From contig JBEWZL010000232.1 of assembly GCA_045837725.1 (NCBI GenBank), positions 372,001 through 436,000 on the forward strand: 64,000 nt of DNA, given 5' to 3'. This stretch comes from Vermamoeba vermiformis. Taxonomy: Eukaryota. Positions 36,545 to 48,264 of this stretch are shown piece after piece. Each line of letters starts with the position of its first letter. The first letter of the stretch is position 1. The notes beneath the pieces are model-generated. The model ran no database searches. It was not told the DNA's origin and saw only the letters and a list, made by a program, of their open reading frames with translations. A program made the position numbers and the translations under genes.

Positions 36545-37506
36545 TCAAATCGTTCGTTGAGAATGGTCCGCTTGGTTAGATTCTTTAGCCAATTTTTGCA
36601 AGTGCCAAACAACGGATACAGGAATAAACATCTTGTTCCGCTCTGAAAAGAACTTAGGTTCTTCGAAATCCTATTAATTAACATCAGTGCTACTGCGTCA
36701 TTACATTACTGCACAAGACAGACGTACCAGCACTTGGAATCCGTTAGATTTGAAACACTTCCAGTAGGCTGATAGAGGTCGATGGTGCTCGATGAAATGA
36801 TGATCTGGAAATCGATCGGCGCCCCAGTAAGTATCGAAGGCAAAGTCTTCAAAGTAGCTTTGCTGAGTTCTGAAGTAGGTCTGGTAAGTTCTCGTGCCAT
36901 CAGCTTCGATCGGTGTCGCGAAACAAGGATGCAAAATGACTATGATTGCACGACCTCCTGGCTTCAACACTCTATTGAACGCCTACATGGAAGGATTAGT
37001 CAGATTCTCGTGGCTCGTGCAATGCTCAAACCTGGATTGCATCTTGGTAGAACGGTGTGTCCATCAGAACATAATTGTTAACGATCAAATCGATTGATTC
37101 ATCATCAACGGTACGTAGCTCAGTAATAGAATCGATTCTAGCTTCAATCTTCGAGGCGACTGGGCCTACAAAGATCAAACTGAGTTCGAATCCATTGCTA
37201 CGGTTTCTTTGATTGCTTACTCTCTGATACTCGTTTCTTAGTAACTTCTAGCATTTTAGAAGACAGATCCACGGAATGCACGTGCTTAGCACCTTGACTG
37301 GCGATTTTAATGCTCAAATACCCAGTTCCGCATCCAGCGTCGAGCACAACTTTATCAGTAACATCTCCGAGGTACGAAAATAATACTGGATCGCTAGAAG
37401 TGGTTCTATTATAATCGCCCTCAGTTCCAATTTGCGAATCCCAGGCTTGCGCCTTCTGATCCCAATTATTCGCGATGACTTTCAACTCTTGTTTGTGCTC
37501 CATCAT
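36545..37506 (-). CDS. Class I SAM-dependent methyltransferase, bacterial-like
   Basis: VLDAGCGTGYLS motif I, VDLSSKML, LKPGGRAIIVILHPCF, HHRPLSAYW. Confidence 0.88.
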
Positions 37507-37750
37507 GTACGTCGTAAATTAAAATGAATTTTTCAACCGCAATTATCACGACACCAGAATAGGCTGCAATAAGTTGGTTACTTTTCGGAGATCTCTGCTG
37601 GACAACAATTCTCAAACTTTTGCTAAGTATCGTTGATAGCTATTGTCGCATCTATGATTCTATTCAATAGATTGGTCGATGGAAGATTCTGCTCGTGCAT
37701 AAATTAACGTGAGGCGACTTTTCGTCAAACAGATTTTTTTCTGCTTCATA

Positions 37751-39224
37751 ATGACACGCAACTTGATTTTGATAGGACTCGTGATTTCTTTGCTTGCAAT
37801 AATTAGCATGGCTGGCACCCCTAAAACTGTGCATAAGCGAGGCGACGGTTGGGAGGTAAAACGAAAATATCTCGATCTGCAACAAAAATATTCAAAAGAG
37901 GCGCATATTTTTAGAAAATTGCGAAAATAATATGACTGCATCACTATATTTTCGTCATATTAATAACAATTTTTGACGCAGTGGTTTTGCATTGGAGCAT
38001 GTGACACGGCAGATCTTCTGTCACACAAGCCCAAGCCACGAAGCAACACTGGCGGCATAGCACTTATTGGGGGCGGTACTGATGATGACCCTGCATTCAA
38101 GGTATTATAGTGTTCTTAATGAATTTTACGTTACGGTCACATCCGTTGAACGTGACAGGACCATTGACTGACACATTTCAATTTATAGTGGTTATTGGAA
38201 CAAGGACAGTACGGCCACTTCGTCGTTATTAGAACTCACGGATCTGACGCCTATAATGAGGTATTATTACTAGAATAAGTGAGGTAAAGCTGACGCAAAT
38301 TTCAGTACGTGTACGAGTTCGGAGCACGTGCCGCCTCAACCTTAATAATTTCAAGCCGCACTGGATCCAACAGCGATTTTGTCAACGACATCATCCTCTC
38401 AGCAGATAGCTTGTTCATTGCTGGAGGAGATCAATACGAGTACTGGACCAACTGGACAAACACACGTGTTCAACAGTCATTGCAGACTCTCGTGAACAAC
38501 GGTACTTCAATTGGTGGAACATCAGCAGGCATGGCTGTAATGGGAGAGGCAAGTACAATACTATGGATCACGTTTCAGCGTTCTAATGCCCAGCTGTAGT
38601 TCGTGTACACTTGTGCAAATGGCACCTCCGCAGAGTCGCCGATTGTTTTGAAGAATCCATTTGACGACACGATGAGCTTTGGCAGAAACTTTTTGAACCA
38701 GCCAATCATGAAGAATATCATCACAGATACTCACTTCCGTCAATACGACCGCCTTGGACGTTCGATGGCTTTCTTGGCTCGGATCTGGAATGACTACCCT
38801 GATGGTACGTTTCACATACTTTCAGTAGTATTTTATCTAATTGTAATGCAGTTGACGTTGTCAAGGGAATTGCATGCGACGAACAAACAGCCGTAATTGT
38901 CCATGGAGGTTCTGGACATGTGATGACACGTGTCAACAACCCTCAATCAAAGTGGAATGACTGTACGTAGCGCATGAAATAGTTAGAGCTTGCGACTAAT
39001 GGATAACTATAGTGCATGTTGCGTACTTCTTCTTGTCAAAGAGACCACCAGCAGTGTGTCAGCCAGACACGCCGTTGACATTCGGAAAGATCTCAGTGTG
39101 GCGACTTCACAACAATCAAACATTCGATCTCATCAACTGGACGAGCAATCAAGGCGAGTACTATGAACTCGATGTCGAGAACGGTGATTTGTCATCAATC
39201 GGAAACAGCGGCCAAACTTATTAA
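37751..39224 (+). CDS. Secreted cyanophycinase-like peptidase (family S51)
   Basis: Signal peptide; GGIALIGGGTD, LFIAGGDQ, catalytic IGGTSAGMAVMG, TDTHFRQYDRLGR, GIACDEQTA. Confidence 0.88.
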
Positions 39225-39465
39225 ATATCGGTTGTCGTACGTCTTTTAATTTTTACCTAATTAACTATTATATCTACGATCGTTGCCACCATTTAATTTG
39301 AGAGAATCGATTTTCTGAAGTAAATTTCGAGGTGCTCACAAATCGTCCCTTCTAAAGTTAGAATCAGAATTTCAATGTGACAGGTCCCTTATTAATTTAC
39401 TTGCAATGCGATTCATTATACTACCGCTTATTGAGCCGACAACAACAGGTCAAGTTTGAAAAAAA

Positions 39466-42045
39466 ATGTCGGCAATTTCAACGAGACTTGTTCTTCAACT
39501 TGCCATAATAACCGCCCTTGTATTGGGCATTCGATGCGGTAAGTAAGGCATTATGCCAGCTAGTACAATAATAATATGCGTAGTTTTTTAATTCTACGAT
39601 ATTGACGTTATTATTTATTTCAGCGATTTCAGCACCCGATCCGATTGATTGGATTTCGTCTGTGCCTGCATTATATCGACGCGTTGTTCCTAGCCATCAA
39701 AGTACCGTCGAGCAGAACCCTCCTTCGTTCTGGTGGTCCGGCTATCCGAGCATTAGTCCGAGTATCAACTTCACCGTATCTTTGTGGGCCAATGCCACTT
39801 CAACCGATGTAAACCCTCAGTGGACCTTCACGACATCGGTGAACTACTTGAATATACCTTTTACTCTCCCGGTTGGAACGCAGTATCTCTGGCAAGTGAC
39901 ACGTATCACCGTGTCATCAGGCACGTCAGTCCCAAGTGCTGCCCGGTCCTTCTATCTCTCACCCACGGCACTGCCTTTTGTTGTGCCATCAACTGTCATT
40001 GAAGACGTGAAGAAGTCGGCACATCCAAGGCTTCTCTTGAAAGGTGCTGCTCGTGCTGCTTGGCTCGCGTCAGATCTTGGAACAAGTTTCAAGTCTCGGT
40101 TACCTACAGTTAATATCGATAGTTACTTTGGCGTTGCGTTGCCTCCGACACCTACTGCATTGTACACCGATTATCCCAACAGTGACGCACTAGCCGCGGC
40201 TGCTTCCAACGACTACCATCAGTTTGTCCAGACAATCAACTTCTCCATTCGCAATTTGATCGTAGCCTATTGGTACAACCCTACGAATACAACAGTTCTG
40301 GCTGAGCTTAAAAGAAGAACTATTGCTTTTGCCAATGCCAACCCGAACGGAACGACGAGTCATAAAGTGCAAGACCAAGCCAACAGACTCGTCTTATTGA
40401 CACTAGCGCAATCTTACGATCTCATTGGGAACTCCTTCAACACGTCAGAGAAGTCACTCATTGTCTCGGTCATTGTCAATAGAGCCAATCAGATGTACAA
40501 CGCTTACTACCAGTTCACGTCGCTGTTGATTTCGCCTCACGATTCGCACGGCCAAAACAATCTCGGGTACATCGCGCAAGTGGCAATTGCAATGCTTGGC
40601 GAAGTGCCTGAAGCGGACCAATGGGCTACATCGATTCCCATGAACTTCAATTTGTACAGCTCTTGGAGTGCCGAAGACGGTGGCTTTGGAAATGGTTTTG
40701 GATACGCTTATTGGGATGCATATGGTGGTCCTCGATGGGACTTCTTCGAATGGGCCACTGGCGTCAAAATGAACAACAAGCAGTTCATTGTTGAATGGCC
40801 CAAGCAGTTCGTCTATTTTGGACCGTACGCTGCAATCCGTGGAGGCCTTGGCTTTGGCGATGATGGCGAGAAAGACATGATTGGTGCCATGCCCGTTGTT
40901 TGCAACAATTTGATCAGCAGAGTCGTGTACAACCATCCAGATATTTACGAAGCGGAATTGTACAACTATTATTGCTCGCAGTTCCCGAGATACAGCCAGA
41001 TTTTAAGTTTCAGATACGATGATACGATATGGTCAGCTGACTTTAAGAACGTTACAACGTTGACTAAGGACTATCCAAAGTCGATTCATTTGAAGACTGC
41101 AGGCTGGGCAGCATTCCATAGCTCATTGACGGAGTACAATAGAACTGCGCTATTTTTCAAGTCAAGCAAGTACGGCAGTTACAATCACAACAGTGCCGAT
41201 CAATTGAGCTTCACAATGGTTCACAAAGGTCAACAAATGTTCATTGCGAGCGGTCACTATATGACTCGTACATGTCACCGCAACACAAGAACTGGCGCAA
41301 GCAAACAATAGCCATGACAGGCGGTGTCACAATGGACGGTGGCATCGGTCAAGCATTCGACACTATGGAAGCCTCTGGAAATATCACGCAATACGCCACA
41401 ACCAATGACTATGACTACGTGACCGGAGATGCATTGCTTGCGTATAACGCAGGACTGGCAACGGATTCAGAGCTCCTTTTGACACGTGCCATTCGTTCAT
41501 TGGTCTATCTCAGAGGTGCAAATCAGTTCTTGATCTTTGACCAATTTGACGCTGTTTCGCCACGTCAGTTCGAGTGGAACTTCCACGCTTATGTCAATTT
41601 CACTGAAATCTCGCAATCGCCGCTGATCATTCAAAGCACCAAGGGTGGCGTGTCAACGTGTCTCAACTTGCTTTACTCGTCAACGCCAGTCACTTTTTGG
41701 CAAACAGATCAGTTCCCTAGCAACGCGAATACTACTTTGCCGAATCAAGCGCACGGTCAATTCAAGTTCAGTTCAAAGGCTACGAGTGCTTCGTTTGTTA
41801 TTCTTATTGATCCTGATTGCACAGGATCTGTCCCGCAAATTAATCAATCGAGCAATAATGAATGGTCGTTCGATATTAATGATACACACGTCATATTCAA
41901 CGGCAATGAGTTGATTGTCAAGTCTCCTGACAGTAACAATAACAATCCAAATGGGCAGCCCAGTGCAATTTCAAGCTCGAGAGATCTACATGTCAGCGTT
42001 GCAATCGCAGTTCTTTCGTTTATAATGTTGGTTCTTCAAATGTAA
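39466..42045 (+). CDS. DUF4962 + heparinase II/III-like polysaccharide (oligo-alginate-type) lyase with signal peptide and GPI-like tail; frameshift at ~41260
   Basis: VEQNPPSFWW, HPRLL, PHDSHG, DGGFGNGFGYAYW, GFGDDG, GWAAFHS, FKSSKYGSYNHNSADQLSF, then frame-shifted YDSYMSPQH, DYVTGDA, FEWNFHA; one intron only; hydrophobic C-terminus. Confidence 0.85.
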
Positions 42046-42216
42046 ATTAGCTTAATTGGAATAAAACTAGTGTTTTGCTAACATTGGGTTGAGACGTTTG
42101 TTGTTTCTATTTTGGGCGTACCCTTTTTCAGACGCGGTCCTTCTACGTACCTTTTTTGTTTCAATCAACAGCGCTTGTAGCAACCACCAACTCTTGTCAG
42201 TATATTAATTGCTATA

Positions 42217-45018
42217 ATGGACCCACTTTTGAATGCTGATGGCTACAAACAACGCGATCAGAATGAAGAAGCAGATGAAAGTACTTATCTTGGCTCGCAA
42301 GACGGTATAGCGGAATACGGCGAACAAGAGTATGGAGAAAAATATACTTATGCTGGAGAGGATCTTGAACCCGTTTTGGAGAAGGAAGAAAAACCAGATT
42401 TCACTTCAGTTGACGGATGGGTCGTTGAAAGTGGTCGGATAGCTTTGCCACGGGAAATTACCGTTAGATTAGAAAAGATGAAATGGAATGCCAAATTTCA
42501 GGTATTAATTTTGATTTAATTATTGAAAATTTCGATTAATTTTTGAAACGCGATCCTAACGTTTAACTTTGTGTTTAATCATAGGATTCATGGGAGAATT
42601 TATTAAAAATTATGCGAGGTTCAGAATTCAGAATAGCAACTGTAACGGAAGCAATGGTCATGATCCACAATTTGTACACCGAGTTCGTGCGCACAGCGCG
42701 GTTTTATGCTGAATTACTCGTCAAGGAAAAATTCAGCGAGAAAAAAACAGTTAAAGTTATTAACGTCGGAGGCATAGCAGGTACGTTAAAGTTTGAAATG
42801 ATCTGGGCCTCAGTCTTTTATCTTCCGTTAACGCCGAAATGGTTATAATGACGATTTCTTATAGGAGGAGATAAATATATTGCGGATGGAATTTTCTTCA
42901 AGTTCAGCACGGATAGCATCGGGATCTACCAAGGTGAGCTGAATGCGGCCAAGGCAGCAGGCTTAGAATTGCGCAATTTGGACTCAATGATGTCAATGAA
43001 TCACGTGGGCGTGAGCTTCCCGCTATTGGCTGTTTTTGACTTCTATGGCTATCGTGTCACGTGCATGTCATTGCTTCCAGTGAGCGGATCCAAAACACAA
43101 AAATACGGATCTGCTACGGCAGGACAAACAGTATTAATGGACGACGCTGCACTGGTTGAAAAAATAGAGAGTTTGGCACAAGCTATGAACTTACAGAAGC
43201 ATATTGGTGGCTGTGTCAAATCTACTGCTCGACCGATCACTCTTGCGGTAGACTGTGAAGGTCACAGAGGCACTGACGGAAGGTAAAAATATCACAATTT
43301 AATTTAATAATGATATTAATCGATTAATTTCGTAGAATTTATATTTTAGACACCGCTAGAGGTATGACTTTGTGACGCTAGATCTGAGTTAGCTCGATCA
43401 ATTTGGTATTAATATTTAATATACAGCTATGGCACCTGAGCCGCCATCAGGCAAAGGCACAGTTTTCTATCGATTATTCCGCTCGGAGTTTGTCCGAGTG
43501 TTTTCAAAGCCGCTGTGCTGCGACTCGTTCACGTCGTTCTGCGCGCACGAGCCAAAAGAAAAAGAGTTCCAAGCGAATATCAAGGAAGCATTTAACTACT
43601 ATATCAACGTGCATATACCAAAAGCAGTTGATCAGCTTGAATCAAAAGAAAGTCCCGCGCTGCTGTTCAAAGAATGGGAAACTTCCATTCACATGATACA
43701 CGTGATCACGGATTCAATAGCACGTGGACGCAAGCACATAGAAGATAATATCAACTTGAAGACATTTTTACACCATCACGGCATCGGCATGAGGCATTTA
43801 GGCATAGTTTTTGCGTGCTGCAAAGCAGAGTACTGGAAAGAACGCGTTGCCGTTGAAATGATTCTCAGAATTTGCAAGAACACCGCTAAAATATTGTTCA
43901 GAAGAGCTTTTGAACGATTCAGAACTCCGAACAACGAAGCTTTCGTAAAGTTTTTCATCGACTACTTGGTACGCCCAATACTATATACTGTAGTTAATGT
44001 ATGTTATATTAACCTCTCGAATAGAACTTGCTTGCCGGCGAATCAGAGCTGTCAAGAGAGTATTGGAATGGTGAAATTATGGAGAGTATCAAACTGTCCT
44101 ACTTCTACCACCAAGGCGCTGAATTCGACGTTGAATTTTTCAAGCAACTTAGGGACAAGATCGACTTCCAGGAGTTTATTGCATCGTTTGCTAAGATGAC
44201 CGGTTAGTTTGATTAGTTAACTAACTTTATTGCGCAATCTAACTTTTGACAGGTGTCACTTTTACGGATCTGTCTGGCATCAACTTCGCTATGGGTAAGA
44301 TTGCTTACTAGCATATATTACATGCCTAAACTTATGTCTATAGCACAACCGTTCCAACTACACGACTTGGGTGCCTTGAGATCAACTACGAAAGAATTAT
44401 CGGTGTTGTCTATTAGCGAGCTATTCTTCTGTGCGAATCAAATTCTGAAGGCCTCGGATCTCGGTGTCAAAGTCGTACAAAAGAATCTTGATAAATTCTT
44501 GAACCTGATCTTGGACTTGCCTGAAGTACCGAGCAATCCGTTCTACGATATCATACTAGCAATGCTCGGCCACGAAGTTCATGACAAGTTGTGGGAGTTG
44601 TACTACAAACGGAATTATTTGGACAACGAGCTCAACGATTGGTCATTCGATGCTACGCTAAACTATGGATTTTTCTACAACCAATACGTCTATCAGCGAC
44701 TTTTGCACGTCATCAGCAATGAACGAGCCATCAAATCTTTGACCCAAGCGGAACATCAATACTTAATGTCGTTCTTATTGACCCTAACAAATACCGAAGA
44801 TGATTTGAGGAAGTCGATCGGTCAGGTGATCCTTGGAATGTACTACAAAGCCACGGATCAGCAGCTCAAGTACGAGACGACAAAAGAGGGGCTTAAAGAC
44901 GCTAACCACAACATTGAAGGAATGGTGAATGCGTGGGTATATAACTCGCGCGTATTGTATTTTAAATACTTGCACAAACGACTTTAAGATCCGAGGCCAG
45001 GATCTTTGGAGTTTTTAA
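42217..45018 (+). CDS. Clu (clustered mitochondria) domain protein
   Basis: GGIAGGDKY..GIFFKF, AAKAAGLELR, DFYGYRVTCMSLLP, DCEGHRGTDGR.YILDTAR, YRLFRSEFV, LHHHGIGMRHLG, VEMILR..KN. Confidence 0.85.
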
Positions 45019-45079
45019 GTACTTCAAGACTTGTAATAAATAAATGTAGCATAGAATTAATGTCGTTATAATTCCCTCG

Positions 45080-45245
45080 CCAAAAAACCGAAACAAGTTC
45101 TGTCGCGGGTTCCGAAGAACTCTCTTTCCGTGTCCCAGTCCTGTGACTCACATCTACCCTACCAATGTGGGTCGGTTTTTGTGTCCGCTTTCGTCGGCCC
45201 GTTTGGGCCCGGGGGGTTGGTTCGTAACCGATTCTTGATTTTTTC
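45080..45245 (-). ncRNA. Candidate structured non-coding RNA, family unknown
   Basis: GC-rich intergenic island with stacked hairpins. Minus strand has GAGTTC-TTCG-GAACCC, CCGAC-GAAA-GCGG and GGCCC-AAAC-GGGCC; T6 runs lie at both ends; strand is uncertain. Confidence 0.35.
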
Positions 45246-45370
45246 CGATTGCAAAAACCATTGCTAGCAGCGCGATTTTTTCCGAACAATTCTGACTTCC
45301 TTTTTCATTCAAGCCGATTCTAGATTATCGTTTACCACACGTTGTGATCTTCGACATACGTAATTAAGCG

Positions 45371-48163
45371 ATGGAAGATTCAGATAAAGGGGACCTTTTG
45401 TCCATCTGTTTGGAAGATCTGCCGGACGAATTGCTTTGCAAGGCATTAATGTTTACTGAATTTGCTCCTTCAGGTAATATTTTATTTTGAACTCTGATAT
45501 ACACCGCAACCAAATAGTTAATTAATACTACTAATAATTTATTTATTTTTAACTATTAGCATTAAAAATGCCTATTTATCGATAATCTTCTCACTGCCGT
45601 ATTATACAGCTTATTTAGTTTGCCATAAATGGCGCCAGGTGATGCTAGCGCCCGGATTTGATCGGCAAGCTTGCTTCGACCGGTGGAGCGAAGACATCTG
45701 CGTTTGGGATTATGATAAAAAATCCGAAAGCGACAAGAAGAAGTTATTGGCTGAATACCTAATTCCTCTGGCGAATGGTACGGACAAAATTTTGCTGATC
45801 GGGTTTTTCATAATTATAAATTCGCTTATAATTCATCTATAGACGGTAACGTGGATTGGAAGCGATATTATATGATGAGGTAATGGTTCCAACCGATTTA
45901 TTATATGACATTTTGGGCTAACGTCTTGGATCAGATCCAACTACGAGCAAGCTTTGAAGCTTTTCTTTCCTTACAAACAAAAATCAGATCTTAAAAAAGA
46001 CCGCATTAAATACGCATTGAAAGTTATCCAAAGTGGCTTACTACCGAAAATGTATGAACATTCTTTGGTCTCGACGGTCCTGGTTCGCGACATTGGCCTG
46101 ATCTGCTTGGAGCAAAGTGAAGACCATGAAAAGTTTTTCAGACTTTACTCATTACATATTTTTCCTGAACAAACAATTCTTACTAAGGAGCAGAATGCTG
46201 CTGACCAAAGGCTAAATGCAAAGTACGTACTTAAATGCCACATGATTTAATACTAATCTTATTGCTTACTATAGAATTTGCAAGGCACTGCTTGAATATT
46301 ACCAAGGTGCTAAATTGCATAACAGTCCTATACAAAAAGAATTGCTTCCATTCATTGTGTCACAATTTCTCCACTTCATTCCCATCAATGTTAATGGCAA
46401 TTGGGACTTTCAAGAGTATAGGAATAAAGTAACTTCTTTAAGTGGGTAAGTACTCTGTTGCACTTTCATCCAAAAGATTCAACATTACAATAATCAACAT
46501 ATTTATGAATTTTAAACCTTGGGCACTGTTTCATAATCTGATGTAATATACAGCATGGTTCAAAGAGACTTAGAGTCAAATCCAGCAAAAGAGAGCAAGT
46601 TCATTGAGTGGCTCAGTGGCACTTTTCTTCACAATTACTCACCAGACTTGTGGTATCCTCAAGTGTTTGAAAGCTTTTGCAATGTTGCAAACAATGATCA
46701 ATAGTAAGACTACAACTTAACTGCTGAAAGTTTTTGAGAAAGTAATTGACTGTTATAATCAGTGAAAGCGCTGCTAAAGCAATATTTGGACTCATTTACC
46801 AAGATAGAGACCGCCTGCATTCACCAAGTCATTTGACATTGGTTGTGAACTTCATTTTGGCAGCTGGAGCAAACTTCAGAATTGATCCCAATATCTTTAA
46901 AACATTTGCATCATTAGGTGACCTCTTCAAACCAGTAAGTCTCAATAAGACCAATTTTTGAAATCTTAAAACCAGATAATAGTGTTGTTAGTTTCATTCA
47001 GTCCACCTCCAACTCTTTATTTATTACTAACCTGCTGTGTAGTTTATCTTTGATAGTACAGAAAAGTTCTGTAACAAACTTTTGTGGACAAACACTCAAA
47101 ATTACTTAGAATTCACACTACTGAAAGCACATCCTTCTGAAGCACAAAAAATGGTGATTGAAATGATTGAAAAGCAAGCAGAGCATATCTTTTGGATTTT
47201 AGGGGAATCATTTAATCTGATCAGACAGAGTCTTGGTGACAAATGGATTGACTACAGATTTAGAATTGTTGATATGATGCTTGATCTATTCCCAACAGAG
47301 ATAAGGCACATGAAATTAACACTTGGAGATGATATTGACAGCTCAGCAGTAAAAATTGAGAATATTCCAGCAGTTAATTTGGACACCAAGCAATTCAATT
47401 GTTTGAGCTTATTAATGACACTGCCAAAGATTTATCCACCAGAAACTCAACACCAAATACTCAATGTGGCAATTACACAATTGAATAACAGTTCTAAATG
47501 GGAGAAAATGCAAAGCAAAATTCTCAAAATGCACTACATGAAAGAGATCAACGATGATACATTGCCGTATTTTGTCGCCCTATTAACATTAACTGCCTCA
47601 AGTGTACCCTCGCCAGGAATGGTCGAGGTTAATGTGGCTGAAGTGATCATCAAACTGATTGCCAAATATCCATCCTCAACACCTGACATTCCATCAAGAG
47701 CACTCACTTGCATTCAGCCATTTGCATCCAAAGTACTAAAAGACGTTGTTGCCTGTGCTCATCTAGCTTACAACTACAGTATCAAGGCCTTGAAAGAGGC
47801 TTGTAGTGCAGCAATAGTCGTGGATGGTGTAACAACATATATAGATATACATGACTGGACAACCAAAGTACAAGGTAAGTGAACTGTTTTCAGTGCCATG
47901 TCTAACATGAATTTTCAGGTCTAATCAATCAAGGAAAGTCATATTTGCAGACAGCGAAAGACACAGAGCACTATGATGTTGTTCTATGCTTCACATTGTT
48001 GTTAATGACCTCAAATGTTGATCCACAAATTGAACAGTTCACAGGCCACAACTGTGATTGGAGTGTTGTTCTTGCTGCATTGAATGATTCTTTGGTACAA
48101 GAGCAGATTGGTGAGGCTATTGTGCCATTAATTGAGAAATTTCTTCATCATGTAGTCAACTGA
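45371..48163 (+). CDS. F-box protein with a long helical-repeat C-terminus
   Basis: CLEDLPDELLCKALMF (F-box-like), LVCHKWRQV, VDWKRYY, then long helical exons to the stop at 48163. Confidence 0.65.
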
Positions 48164-48264
48164 ATTAAATTGGGTCACAAAAACCTTTGGCATGATGAGT
48201 TGCTATGGTGTTTAAAAATATTTACATGGCACTTATAATAACAGTGTGGTTATTAAGCAGATAA

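Noticed and set aside
40454-40936. 160-aa antisense ORF, and many similar shadow ORFs in the track
   Set aside because: They lie opposite well-supported genes and are explained by codon bias.
45148-45165. CTACCCTACC as a telomerase RNA template
   Set aside because: It does not match the CTAACCCTA expected for TTAGGG, and the species' telomere repeat is unknown.
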